DNA of 64,000 nucleotides from an uncultured Verrucomicrobiae bacterium (GTDB lineage Bacteria; Chlamydiota; Chlamydiia; Chlamydiales; Rhabdochlamydiaceae): NCBI GenBank assembly GCA_963806855.1, contig CAWDYW010000001.1, positions 960,001 to 1,024,000 of the forward strand, read 5' to 3'. Shown piece by piece: positions 40,091 to 50,289 of this stretch (position 1 is its first letter; each line of letters starts with the position of its first letter). The notes under the pieces were generated by a model. It saw only the letters and a program-made list of their open reading frames with translations, ran no database searches and was not told where the DNA came from. The position numbers and the translations under genes were made by a program.

Positions 40091-42151
40091 TTAGCTAAAC
40101 TGATCTTGACGAATTTTATTGCCAACTGAGATGAACTCATCGACTGGCTTGGAGAAAATTGTCTCATTCCCACTGCTGTCGAGTTGGACGATGTTCTTGT
40201 CGCGCAGATAATTGAGAATACCATTTTTCATCTTGAAATCATTGACGACAATCCCGGTGATCAATTCGGGCGCTAGACGCTCTTTGAGCATCACCTCGTT
40301 ATCTCCGCGGAATGAGGCTCTTTCTGTATCGAGAAATTCAAAGATATTGTCCCTCTCTAAATACATGGCTTCCAACCACCAAGCCCAAGTTTTCCGAGTT
40401 CCAAAAGCATCATCGTGATATTGATAGGTTCCATTTTCTAAAGCTTTGGGAGAAATCAAAAAGCGGACATCAGAATGGTACCAAAAGTCATTGTAGCTCT
40501 TATTTTTATCTGTGACGATTTGGGTAAAGACGCTGTCGGCCCCACCGGTAAAATAATCTGCTCCCCAAGAAAGACCCGGCCTGCCCACATGATTATCGCG
40601 CCGCGTTTCTGATGACATCATCCCCATCTTTAAAATTGAAGCGACCCGTTCATAAGTCTCTTGGGCACTGCCAGCCCCCATCAGTCCTGCTGTCAGGCCA
40701 AGCGCGCCCTTTGCCGTAAGCTCATCGGAAAGGCCATCGATCGCAAACCGCATCCGGCCTGGGACAATCTCTCTAAGCTCCATCTTGGGTAAGTACTTTG
40801 CAAAAATCGACTCCATTTCGGGGGAAAGGGTCAGGATCTCTTTTTTAAAGTCTTCTAGAGAAAGAGAAAAGAAGGACTCGGTCCTCTCGAACGGAGTGGC
40901 ATCGCGGGGCTTAAAGATTCTAAAGAGGTGGCCCAGCTTCATTCGCTCGACATCTTCATTTGCCGACTGCCTTAATGCATCTTCAAGATTGAGGAAAGCC
41001 AGCGCTTCGTGGAAATCGTAAAGGTTTTTCCCTTTTTCCATCTGAATCGAGATCTTGTCATAGAGAGTGATACAGTTGGGGTCGGCGCCGATGGTGATTT
41101 TTCCAAGGCCTTCCAGATGGATTTCATATGAGTTAGAATCGGGTAGCCAATCATTAAATTCGATATTGGCTTTGGTGATTTTAAAATTGGTTGCATGCGA
41201 GCCGGAGAGCTTTAAAAGATCTTTGATTTCCTCTTGGGAGTAGCTCGACATGGCGACAAGCGTTTTTTCAAGACGGTCGCGGAAGACGTGGTTAATCTTG
41301 AAGTCGAGAGAGGCCCGATCACCTTGGTCGCGCAAGGTCACATTCATCCCTTTGACCAGCTGCTTTCCATGGCCATGGAGATTTGTCCCAAAATCATAGG
41401 CCTTCCCATTTCCATCTTCTAGGATCACCCCTTCTTTGCCGATGAGCGGATGGTCCCAAAGATGGTCTATCTTCTTCCCATTGAGAATCGCTCTGGCGAG
41501 TTCATCATAGCGTCTAACAAGGTAATTTCTTCGTTTAATGAGCTGAATCTGCGACCCTGCTTGGCCAAGACGTACCATGCCCAAAATTGTTTTGGCAATT
41601 GCCTCAGGGATCCGCCCTTTGAGATACTCTTCCCGAGCTTGATAGAAAGTGACGAAGGCTTGGATTAGCAGCGACGCGAGGACCACCTCGAGCGATCCGG
41701 TCATCATGATCGCCAAATAGAGCCCGCTCGACAGAGCTTGGCAAATCTCTTCGGCCGCCCGTTGGTGCTCCCCCTGAGAAAGAGCTTCTATGATTTGAGC
41801 CAGATTTGATATGATATCGGCTCCTGTTGTGATGTAGAGACCGAGGGTGAAGTGATAGAGGGTGCCGAGAAGGGCCAGGATTGCGAGAGCAACCTGTGTA
41901 ATCTTCACTAGATCGCCATTGATGACTTCCGAGCCATTGCTCACCACACGGACTGAGCCCATCGTAAGAGAAATAGCCAAGCCAAAAGGTTGATAAAGGC
42001 TTAAAAAAGGAAGGGCGATGTGAGCGGCTCTCTTCGCTACATCGGCATAGGTAGAGCTCTCCTCAGTTTGAGGAAGATCCTTTTCGTATTGACGATGATA
42101 ATATGGAGGATCGTAGATTTTATGTTTAAAGTAATCAATTTTATCAAGCAT
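40091..42151 (-). CDS. Putative effector: hydrophobic N-terminal domain (shared with 58155-59147) plus C-terminal ART-like domain
   Basis: N-terminal ALPFLSLYQPF domain; C-terminal SILKMGMMS, GGADSVF, NEVMLK..ITGIVV. Confidence 0.55.
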   Translation of the reverse strand: MLDKIDYFKHKIYDPPYYHRQYEKDLPQTEESSTYADVAKRAAHIALPFLSLYQPFGLAISLTMGSVRVVSNGSEVINGDLVKITQVALAILALLGTLYHFTLGLYITTGADIISNLAQIIEALSQGEHQRAAEEICQALSSGLYLAIMMTGSLEVVLASLLIQAFVTFYQAREEYLKGRIPEAIAKTILGMVRLGQAGSQIQLIKRRNYLVRRYDELARAILNGKKIDHLWDHPLIGKEGVILEDGNGKAYDFGTNLHGHGKQLVKGMNVTLRDQGDRASLDFKINHVFRDRLEKTLVAMSSYSQEEIKDLLKLSGSHATNFKITKANIEFNDWLPDSNSYEIHLEGLGKITIGADPNCITLYDKISIQMEKGKNLYDFHEALAFLNLEDALRQSANEDVERMKLGHLFRIFKPRDATPFERTESFFSLSLEDFKKEILTLSPEMESIFAKYLPKMELREIVPGRMRFAIDGLSDELTAKGALGLTAGLMGAGSAQETYERVASILKMGMMSSETRRDNHVGRPGLSWGADYFTGGADSVFTQIVTDKNKSYNDFWYHSDVRFLISPKALENGTYQYHDDAFGTRKTWAWWLEAMYLERDNIFEFLDTERASFRGDNEVMLKERLAPELITGIVVNDFKMKNGILNYLRDKNIVQLDSSGNETIFSKPVDEFISVGNKIRQDQFS

Positions 42152-42186
42152 GTTACTATTTTAACAAATTTGGAATTAATATAATT

Positions 42187-42639
42187 ATGAAAAGAATAAT
42201 TGCTATACTAACAATTTTTTATTGTGGTGTGATGAGTGCGCAGGCGCCCTATCAGTGCATGCTGAAAGAGCTCTGGGACAAAGTTTCGATAGAAAAAGAG
42301 ATTGCGACAGAGCAGGGATTTCTCAGTCAGGACATCAAGACATTTTTTGAAGATGCCCCCGAGCGAGCGTTAATTTTCTTTTTTCCAAAAGGGTGTGGTT
42401 TCGATCGGCTCGTCTGCGATGAAGAACAATTCATCGATCTAGAAGAATTTTTTGAACTCGCAGAGAGCTATGGCTATAGCGTTCCTTACTGCAATTCACA
42501 AAGGCACCTGGTTTCCTTTGAAAGTAGAGAGGAAATGGCGGAATTTGTCTGCGATGTATTTGGCTCAGAGCTGATAGAGGAGGAGGTTCCACTCTTTTTC
42601 CCAAGCAGACTGATCATCGCGGAATTATCGAAAAATTAA
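42187..42639 (+). CDS. Acidic secreted hypothetical protein
   Basis: Signal peptide MKRIIAILTIFYCGVMSA; 150-aa ORF. Confidence 0.65.
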   Translation: MKRIIAILTIFYCGVMSAQAPYQCMLKELWDKVSIEKEIATEQGFLSQDIKTFFEDAPERALIFFFPKGCGFDRLVCDEEQFIDLEEFFELAESYGYSVPYCNSQRHLVSFESREEMAEFVCDVFGSELIEEEVPLFFPSRLIIAELSKN

Positions 42640-43556
42640 AGCCAGCCTTTGCGCCGGAAGACCCAAAAGCCAAAGACGGTTAGGGTGATGGTCCCCCCGA
42701 TGACGATTCCGAAGGCATAGTGGTGAGCGCCAAAGGGGAGATTGACGTTCATCCCGTAGATACTGGCGATCATCGTCGGGATACTGAGGATAATCGTCAG
42801 CGAGGTGAGCAATTTGATCGTCTTGTGCAGATTATTAGTGAAAATGATTTGGTAGGAGTCACGCAAGGAGCGGATCGATTTGATCACGTTGCCGCAGAGC
42901 TCTTCTGATTGCTGGATCGAAATGATGCAGTCTTCAAGCAATGCATGCTCTTTTTCCTGCAGGCTGGCGTAGAGGCCGCTTTTCACCCCACGCAGCGCTG
43001 TCCGGGTTGTCGCTAAGGTCGAAAGATATTGATTGAGGATCTCTTCGTTCTTGGTCATGGCAGTGATATCGTCGCTCTCGACGCTGATCATCTCCTTCTC
43101 GGCAGAGAGAACATTGTAACGGACTTTGCGGATTTGTCCTGTGAACTCCTGGCTAATTTTTTGCAGGATATAGATGAGGAGCTTGGTGCTCGAGATTGTC
43201 GAATATTTATTCTTTTGGGCGATAAAATCCTTGATCAGTAGAGAACGGTGGGGGCAGACGGAGATTAAATATTCCTCGGTCAGAATGAGCGTTAAGGTGG
43301 CGGTATAGAGCCCCACCTCTTGATCGGTTGGATATCGGGTAAAGATCAGGAGATTGTTCTCGATCTGCTCGACACGAGGGATCTCATACTTGTCGAGGCA
43401 GTCGAGAAGATCGGCATAGGGAATCTTAGTCAGGCGGGAGATCTCTTCAAGATCAGAGGTTGTCGCTTCATCGACATGGACTAAGCAGCCGGGGCAAACT
43501 TCGGCCAATTCTTCGACATCGGTCTCTTTCGACTTCTTGTAAAAAATCTTAAGCAT
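42636..43556 (-). CDS. corA: CorA-family Mg2+ transporter
   Basis: PTMIASIYGMNV signature and two C-terminal TMs. Confidence 0.9.
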   Translation of the reverse strand: MLKIFYKKSKETDVEELAEVCPGCLVHVDEATTSDLEEISRLTKIPYADLLDCLDKYEIPRVEQIENNLLIFTRYPTDQEVGLYTATLTLILTEEYLISVCPHRSLLIKDFIAQKNKYSTISSTKLLIYILQKISQEFTGQIRKVRYNVLSAEKEMISVESDDITAMTKNEEILNQYLSTLATTRTALRGVKSGLYASLQEKEHALLEDCIISIQQSEELCGNVIKSIRSLRDSYQIIFTNNLHKTIKLLTSLTIILSIPTMIASIYGMNVNLPFGAHHYAFGIVIGGTITLTVFGFWVFRRKGWL

Positions 43557-43592
43557 GTACCATCCCCCCCTTACTGGAGATATGGCAAAAAA

Positions 43593-44636
43593 TTATTTTA
43601 AATTCAAGGATTCTAATAGGGAGAGCTTTGCTTCTAATGCGTCGATCCTTTTGGCGTACTCATCGATCTTTCTTAAGTGGACTTGAACCTTATTGTGATC
43701 TGGGAGAGGGATGACTGGGCTTCCGGCATACTTACCGCTCTTAGTGAGCGACTTACCGACACCACTGCGGGTGGCGATCATCGTGAAAGGGGCGATTTCA
43801 ACATGTCCGAGGATGCCTACCTGGCCACCCATCATCACATTTCGCCCTGTCTTGGTAGAGCCTGCGATGCCGGTTTGGGCGGCGAGGATGTTATGTTCCC
43901 CAAGTTCAACATTATGGGCGATTTGGACGAGGTTATCGATTTTAGTCCCTTTCGCGATCCGGGTCGTCTTGAAGCGGGCCCTATCTATGGTCGTGTTGGC
44001 CCCGATTTCGACATCATCTTCTATGATCACGTTGCCGATCTGGTTGAGCTTCATGTGCTCCCCCTTTTCGTTGGTGCTATAGCCAAAACCGCACGAGCCG
44101 ATGACAGCTCCAGGCTGCAGAATAACCCGTTTACCCAGCCAGCAGTATTCGCGGATCACGCTATGGGCATGGAGCAGACACTCTTCGCCAACGTGAACAA
44201 GCCCTCCAACGTAGACAAAGGGGCCGATGAGGGTACCCGCCTTGATCTCGGCGCCCGCATCGATCACGGCATAGGGGCCGATCGACACATTTGCGCCTAT
44301 TTTGGCATCGGGATGGATTACCGCAGTAGGGTGGATCCCAGTAAAGCCGGTTGGTTTTCGCTCTCCATAGAGAAGTTCTGCGATTTTCTGAAAAGCGAGG
44401 GAGGGGTTAGTGGAAATGAGGTAATTTTTTCCTGGAAGCAGCTCGGCAGCGACATCGATGCAGATGACTCCAGCACTACTTTTTTTCAGGAGAGGGGTAT
44501 AGAGGGGATTGGAGAGGAAGGAGGCATCACTCTCAGTAGCCGATTCTAAGTCGGCCACTGAGGTGATGAGGGTTTCAGGATCTCCCTGGAGTTTAGATCC
44601 AGTGATTTCAGCAAGTTTCCAGAGAGGCCAGCTCAT
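43593..44636 (-). CDS. lpxD: UDP-3-O-acylglucosamine N-acyltransferase
   Basis: Hexapeptide repeats, IGSCGFGY, IGANTTIDR, IDNLVQIAHN. Confidence 0.96.
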   Translation of the reverse strand: MSWPLWKLAEITGSKLQGDPETLITSVADLESATESDASFLSNPLYTPLLKKSSAGVICIDVAAELLPGKNYLISTNPSLAFQKIAELLYGERKPTGFTGIHPTAVIHPDAKIGANVSIGPYAVIDAGAEIKAGTLIGPFVYVGGLVHVGEECLLHAHSVIREYCWLGKRVILQPGAVIGSCGFGYSTNEKGEHMKLNQIGNVIIEDDVEIGANTTIDRARFKTTRIAKGTKIDNLVQIAHNVELGEHNILAAQTGIAGSTKTGRNVMMGGQVGILGHVEIAPFTMIATRSGVGKSLTKSGKYAGSPVIPLPDHNKVQVHLRKIDEYAKRIDALEAKLSLLESLNLK

Positions 44637-45208
44637 TTTTTAACAGGTGCATTTTGCTGCTGCTGCGGTTGGTTATTGGCAACTTTTTTTGCCTCATAAG
44701 CTTTGTCCATTTCAGCAATCACCGAATCGGTCACATCGAGTGTTGGGGTGAAAAAGAAACATGCTTCTTTGTTGATGACCATGGTGAGTTTTTTGTTTTT
44801 TGCCACTTTTTCGGAAGCCTCTTGAATATCGGCGCCCAGTGCCTGGACGATTTTCATATTGGCTTGCTGCAGCACTTGGTAATATTGATTTTGGTAACGA
44901 TTCATCTCTTCGCTGAGCTGCTGATATTTGATTTTCATCTCTTCTTCAGCTTCTGGAGAAAGACCATCCATGTATTCAGAATCGTTGAATTTGGATGCGA
45001 TTTCGCTGAGTTGTTTCTCAGTATCTTCTAAGAGGGAAGTCATCTGAATCTTTAGCGATTCAAATGATGCCTGCTCTTGCTTACCGAGTTTAGATTCGGT
45101 CATGCAATTGGCAAAATTAACGACAGCGACAGTTTTAAGGTCGTTGGCGTATCCTCCAGCACAAAGTCCGACGACGGCTAAGGCTGCAAAAATTGATTTA
45201 CGAATCAT
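44633..45208 (-). CDS. skp: Skp/OmpH periplasmic chaperone
   Basis: Signal peptide, AVVNF, coiled coil, DVTDSVI; between bamA and lpxD. Confidence 0.92.
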   Translation of the reverse strand: MIRKSIFAALAVVGLCAGGYANDLKTVAVVNFANCMTESKLGKQEQASFESLKIQMTSLLEDTEKQLSEIASKFNDSEYMDGLSPEAEEEMKIKYQQLSEEMNRYQNQYYQVLQQANMKIVQALGADIQEASEKVAKNKKLTMVINKEACFFFTPTLDVTDSVIAEMDKAYEAKKVANNQPQQQQNAPVKK

Positions 45209-45230
45209 GTAGTCTCCTTAATTGAGTAAT

Positions 45231-47663
45231 TTAAAATTGTCCGCCCATTGAGAAGAAGAAATGCCGTTTGGTCTTCAGCTGGGCATTAATCGGGATACCA
45301 TATCCTAGAGTGATCGGCATTTTCCCCATCAGTTCGATGTTGACTCCAAATCCATAGCTCATCCGGTAGGTGCCTAGATCGAGTCTTTGATTTGAAACAC
45401 TACCTGCATCCATGAAAACAAAAGCATCTAAGATAGGCAGAATCTCTTGAATATAGTCAATTGATAGGAAAGATGAACTGATACCCCCAGTAGGATCATA
45501 ATAGGCTTTTTCCTGTTCTTCTTTGACTTCATGGTTAGGTTTTTCAATGAGCTGCTCCTTTACAAAGCGTGGGCCTAAAATGAAGTCTCTATAACCGCGG
45601 ACCGAAGAGACACCACCCAAGAAGAAACGTTCAGACATTGGGATATCATCAAAATGGCTGGTTTGGCCGAAGGGGAATATAAAGCGGAAATCGGCGCGGT
45701 AGCGCATATAGCCCCGTTTCCACAGCGGCATGAAATAGGCATTGGTATAGGCAGCGCTTAGAAAATTAACATTGCCGCCTGCCCCTACGATTTCTCCTTG
45801 TAAGGTTGAGCGATAACCACGATGGGGTTTCATCGCGCTGTTGGTTGAGTCGAAGGTTAAGTTAGCCCCGACTCCAGAAAGGATACCCTTTTGATGGGCC
45901 TCATCGAGATTTTTTTTGTTCGCTGGATCATTGGCAATCCTTCCAGCCACTCTATCGCTATAATTGCGGATTCGGTACCTAAAACCGTAAGCCAAATAAG
46001 GGGAGAGGGGATAAGAGACAAAGGCCCCTAGGTTGTATGTATTAAAAGTGTAGTCTTCAGAGACCAGTTTATTGTGCACAGTGGCGACAAACTCGAATCC
46101 AAGACGCCAGAGAGTATCATTAAAATAGGGGTTCATCCAAGAGGCCATATAGCTCTGCTCTTTTGCTCCCCAGCTCGAGCGGAGATGGAGATACTCCCCG
46201 CCGCCTCGCAAAGCGCCTGGGCCGTCGCTGACGAGTCTGCCAATCCCTCGATAGTTAAAATTGCGTTCGGTCAGATCGAGACCGCCATAAATGCTATCGG
46301 CGGAGCTGAATCCTCCAAAGAGGGCGACGTTACCGGTTTGGGTCTCTTCCACTTCGATGTAGATGTCCCGGTAGTTATCCCCGAGAGAAAGGTCATCTTG
46401 GGTGCGGACTGCATAGACGTTCACCGACTTGAAGTAGCCGATGTTTTCCAATCGCATTTGGGTCACTTTTAGCTTCAGCGAATCGAATGTTTCGCCCGGA
46501 ACTAAGAGAGATTCGCGCAGGATGACGCGCGCTTCGGTGCGGCAGTTGCCGATCACTCGAATCATGCCGATCCGATATTCGCGCCCTTCATCGACAATAA
46601 AGTGGACGTTGAATGTGGGCTCATCTTGGACAAGCTGGGTCTCATAGGTGACGTTGGTATCGATGTAGCCTTTGCGTCCATAGAGCTCTTTGATCGCTTC
46701 AGCGGTTTTGCGCAATTTATCGGGTGAATAGAGCCCTTCAGGCCGAGCATAGAATACTTTTTCGACATCTTCGTCGTTGAGGAGGATATTGCCGTTAAAG
46801 CTCACTTCACCAAAATGGTAGAGGATCCCTTTATCGGCAGAGATGTCGATGACCACTTTTCCTTCTGAAGGAGATTCGAGAATCTGAATTTGGACTTGGG
46901 CATCTGCATAGCCTTCATCTTGTAAATAGTTGAAGATAGTGAGGCGGTCTTGTTCAAGAGCCTCTTCCATGAACTTCCCTTTCCCAGTGATCCAGCTGGT
47001 CAATAGGCTGTATTTTTTGGTGTACAGCTTATCGATAATATCGCTCTCTTCTTTGCTGGTAAAGCCGTGGAAGACGATATCTTCAACTTTTCCTGAACGG
47101 CCTTCCGAAACGGTGATGACAACCTCTACTTCCCTTGTTTTCACATTGGGAATCAGCTGATAGGAGAGTTGCGATTCAAAGTAACCTTTCTTGATGTAAT
47201 ATTCTTTGACCTTATTGAACGATTTATTGAAGTCGGTCCGGTTAAAGATGGTCCCAGGTTTGACGTCGAGTTCTTTGTTAAGGGTTTTGGTTTTGATGTA
47301 CTGATTCCCTACCCACTTGATTTGAGAGATCAACGGACGGAGCCAGACTTTGAGTGTGATGTCAATTTTTCCATCTTTGATCGTCATTTGCGGCTCAACA
47401 CGGTCATATTCACCAGCGAGCTGTTTCAGATCCTGATCGAAGATATATTGAGAAAAGCGATCGCCCTCACGTGTCGAGAGTTTGGCTAGAACGGTCTGCT
47501 TATCAAAAGAGGAATCTTCTGGCAAGTTTTCGACCTTTACTTCGATTTTTCCTACAACACGATTGTCATAGGCTTGAATCGAAGAACGTTCTGACTCATC
47601 GGCGCCACCAATTGTCGCACCCGAGAGTACTAGGGAAAGAGCTAAAAAAAGTTTCGTGTTCAT
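45231..47663 (-). CDS. bamA: Outer membrane protein assembly factor BamA
   Basis: POTRA repeats, ERFFLGG..VRGY, FFSMGGQF terminus. Confidence 0.96.
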   Translation of the reverse strand: MNTKLFLALSLVLSGATIGGADESERSSIQAYDNRVVGKIEVKVENLPEDSSFDKQTVLAKLSTREGDRFSQYIFDQDLKQLAGEYDRVEPQMTIKDGKIDITLKVWLRPLISQIKWVGNQYIKTKTLNKELDVKPGTIFNRTDFNKSFNKVKEYYIKKGYFESQLSYQLIPNVKTREVEVVITVSEGRSGKVEDIVFHGFTSKEESDIIDKLYTKKYSLLTSWITGKGKFMEEALEQDRLTIFNYLQDEGYADAQVQIQILESPSEGKVVIDISADKGILYHFGEVSFNGNILLNDEDVEKVFYARPEGLYSPDKLRKTAEAIKELYGRKGYIDTNVTYETQLVQDEPTFNVHFIVDEGREYRIGMIRVIGNCRTEARVILRESLLVPGETFDSLKLKVTQMRLENIGYFKSVNVYAVRTQDDLSLGDNYRDIYIEVEETQTGNVALFGGFSSADSIYGGLDLTERNFNYRGIGRLVSDGPGALRGGGEYLHLRSSWGAKEQSYMASWMNPYFNDTLWRLGFEFVATVHNKLVSEDYTFNTYNLGAFVSYPLSPYLAYGFRYRIRNYSDRVAGRIANDPANKKNLDEAHQKGILSGVGANLTFDSTNSAMKPHRGYRSTLQGEIVGAGGNVNFLSAAYTNAYFMPLWKRGYMRYRADFRFIFPFGQTSHFDDIPMSERFFLGGVSSVRGYRDFILGPRFVKEQLIEKPNHEVKEEQEKAYYDPTGGISSSFLSIDYIQEILPILDAFVFMDAGSVSNQRLDLGTYRMSYGFGVNIELMGKMPITLGYGIPINAQLKTKRHFFFSMGGQF

Positions 47664-47707
47664 ATTTAGAAATCCAGATTATAGGGATTGGCAAAATATC
47701 CTCAAAG

Positions 47708-48307
47708 TTAAAAATGTTGTCTCCCAGTGAAAGCCTTTTCCAAAGTGCCGTAATCGACAAAGTCGAGCGAGCTACCCATCGGCAGGCCGAAGGCGAGGCG
47801 AGTTGCCTTTATTCCCAGTTTGTCGAGCTTCTGTTTGAGGAAAAGGGCGGTGGCATCTCCTTCCAATGTCGAATCAAACGCAATGATCACCTCTTGGATA
47901 GGATGCTCCTTTAGCCGCTTCTCCAGTTTTCCCAAATCCAGCCTTTCGACAGAGCGCCCTTCGAGAGGTGAGAGGAGTGCGCCGATCACATGGTAAACCC
48001 CTTTAAAGACCTTGGTCTCTTCGATCGCATAGACATCGCGCGGGGAGGAGACGAGGCAGAGAATCGATCCATCGCGCTGCTGCACGTCGCAAAAAGAGCA
48101 TTTCGCACTATCCATTAAACACCCGCAGGTCGCGCAAGGATAAACTTTTTCTTTGACCGTCTCGAGTTGCTTAGCAAATTTTTTAATCTCTTCGTCTGGC
48201 CAGTCAAGTAGGTAGAAGGCGAATCGCTCAGCGGTCTTTCGCCCTACGCCAGGCAGTTTCTTTAGGTGGGAAATTAAAGTTAAAAGTTCACTTGGATAAC
48301 GGCTCAT
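47708..48307 (-). CDS. recR: Recombination protein RecR
   Basis: LPGVGRKTAER, C4 zinc finger, EGDATA, TRLAFGLP. Confidence 0.96.
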   Translation of the reverse strand: MSRYPSELLTLISHLKKLPGVGRKTAERFAFYLLDWPDEEIKKFAKQLETVKEKVYPCATCGCLMDSAKCSFCDVQQRDGSILCLVSSPRDVYAIEETKVFKGVYHVIGALLSPLEGRSVERLDLGKLEKRLKEHPIQEVIIAFDSTLEGDATALFLKQKLDKLGIKATRLAFGLPMGSSLDFVDYGTLEKAFTGRQHF

Positions 48308-48404
48308 AGTGATAAGTATGTCCGATCGGCCATTTTTGCGCTTCAAATATAAGAAAGATTAGGATATAATGGATGTTATATAATATTTTTTTAGTGCGAA
48401 ACAG

Positions 48405-49385
48405 ATGAAACAAGCGAAAATCATAGCTACAGGTTCCTACGTCCCCGAAAGGGTGCTCTCAAACGGAGATCTCGAAAAATTAGTCGAGACTACCGATGAG
48501 TGGATCTTTACCCGGACAGGTATCAGGGAACGACGGATCGCAGCAAGCGATGAGGCCACTTCCGATATGGGAGTTAAGGCAGCGCAAAAAGCGATCGAAA
48601 AGGCTAAAATCGATCCTAAAAAAATCGATTTGGTGCTCGTCGCGACCTTGAGCCCTGATTATGCATTTCCCAGCACTGCCAGTATCATCCAGTCGAAATT
48701 GAATTTAGAAGCTGCTGCGATGGACCTGCAAGCTGCTTGTTCTGGATTTATCTATGTCCTCTCTACTGCAAAAGCCTATGTGGAATCTGGCCTTTATCAG
48801 AATGTATTAGTTGTCGCCTCAGAAAAACTCTCGTCGATCGTCGATTATCAAGATCGGAGCACCTGTATCCTTTTTGGAGATGGAGCTGCTGCCTGTATCG
48901 TGTCCGGCCAGGGTAAAGGGCTCCGCATTCGGGATGTCGTTCTTGGCTCCGATGGCTGTCAAGCCAATCTTTTGATTCAACCCGGTGGCGGATCGCGCCT
49001 ACCTGCTAGCAAAGAATCGGTCGAGGCGCGCATGCATTTTATTAAGATGGAAGGCAAAGAGGTCTTTAAACATGCGGTGCGTCGAATGGAAGCCTCAGCT
49101 AAAGAGTGTATCGAAAGAGCGGGACTGAAGGAAAGCGATATTAGCTGGCTGGTCCCTCACCAGGCCAACATCCGGATCATTGAGGCGATCGCCAAGCGAT
49201 TCCAGGTTCCTCAAGATCGGGTTTTCATCACCATCAATAAATATGGAAACACCTCATCTTCATCGATTGGGATCGCCCTCGATGAATTACTACAGCAAGA
49301 CATTCTAAAGCCAGGAGAGCATCTCCTCTTAACTGCCTTTGGAGCAGGTGTAGCATGGGGTGCAACGGTGCTCACATATGAATAA
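48405..49385 (+). CDS. fabH: Beta-ketoacyl-ACP synthase III
   Basis: AACSGF, PHQAN, GNTSS, FGAG. Confidence 0.96.
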   Translation: MKQAKIIATGSYVPERVLSNGDLEKLVETTDEWIFTRTGIRERRIAASDEATSDMGVKAAQKAIEKAKIDPKKIDLVLVATLSPDYAFPSTASIIQSKLNLEAAAMDLQAACSGFIYVLSTAKAYVESGLYQNVLVVASEKLSSIVDYQDRSTCILFGDGAAACIVSGQGKGLRIRDVVLGSDGCQANLLIQPGGGSRLPASKESVEARMHFIKMEGKEVFKHAVRRMEASAKECIERAGLKESDISWLVPHQANIRIIEAIAKRFQVPQDRVFITINKYGNTSSSSIGIALDELLQQDILKPGEHLLLTAFGAGVAWGATVLTYE

Positions 49386-50289
49386 GAGAATAGCCTTTAT
49401 TTTTCCCGGTCAAGGGGCCCAATACCCTGGAATGGGGCGCGATTTTTATGAGCAGTTTGAAGCGGCTAGAGCTCTCTTCGATGAGGCAGATGCGATTTTG
49501 GGCAGACCCTTTTCAAAATTGATTTTCGATGGTCCTGCCGAAGAGTTAACCCAGACCAAAAATAGCCAGCTTGCCATTTTCATTACCAGCGTCGCCATCT
49601 TCCGCGTCCTCGATCTAAAACCTGCGGTCTGTTCTGGTTTGAGCTTAGGTGAGTACTCGGCCCTCGTCGCCGCTGGAAAGCTCTCCTTTAAAGAAGCGCT
49701 GCTGCTCGTTGAGGCTAGAGGGCGGTTGATGCAAGAGGCTTGCGAGAGATCCCCTGGGACGATGGTCGTAGTCCTCGGTTTAGAGCCAGCCCTTATTCAA
49801 GAGGTCATCGCTCCTATCGGCAATGTATGGATCGCCAATTTGAATTGTCCAGGACAAGTGGTCATCGCCGGGACCAAAGAGTCGATTGAAAACGCAAGCG
49901 AATTATTAAAAGAGAAAGGGGCCCGCCGGGTGCTTCCTCTCGAAGTATCGGGGGCATTCCACAGCGGTTTAATGCGCTCAGCTCAAGAGGGCTTGAAGCC
50001 TTATATCGATCAGTTAAACCTCGCTCAGACCGATGTGGAAATCGTGATGAATGTTCCAGGTGATTATGTCTCTTCGCAGGATGAGATCCGAAAAAATATG
50101 GTCGAGCAGGTGACTAGCCCCGTTCATTGGCAAAAGGGGATCGAAGCGCAGGTGAAACGTGGGATCGATCTCTTTATCGAAATCGGCCCAGGCAAGACGC
50201 TTGCGGGGATGAACAAGCGGATCGGGATTTCGGTCGAGACGCAAAGTGTAGAAAAAGTAGAGGATTTACAACATGCACCAGTTGCTTAA
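49378..50289 (+). CDS. fabD: Malonyl-CoA:ACP transacylase
   Basis: FPGQGAQ, GLSLGEY, VSGAFHS. Confidence 0.96.
   Translation: MNKRIAFIFPGQGAQYPGMGRDFYEQFEAARALFDEADAILGRPFSKLIFDGPAEELTQTKNSQLAIFITSVAIFRVLDLKPAVCSGLSLGEYSALVAAGKLSFKEALLLVEARGRLMQEACERSPGTMVVVLGLEPALIQEVIAPIGNVWIANLNCPGQVVIAGTKESIENASELLKEKGARRVLPLEVSGAFHSGLMRSAQEGLKPYIDQLNLAQTDVEIVMNVPGDYVSSQDEIRKNMVEQVTSPVHWQKGIEAQVKRGIDLFIEIGPGKTLAGMNKRIGISVETQSVEKVEDLQHAPVA

Noticed and set aside
42187..42639. Immunity protein for the adjacent ART-like gene
   Set aside because: Divergently transcribed and carries a signal peptide; nothing in the sequence links it to the neighbour.
43677..44549. Long antisense ORFs (also 38576-39406 and 4774-5361)
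   Set aside because: Shadows of lpxD, pdhC and the SulP gene.
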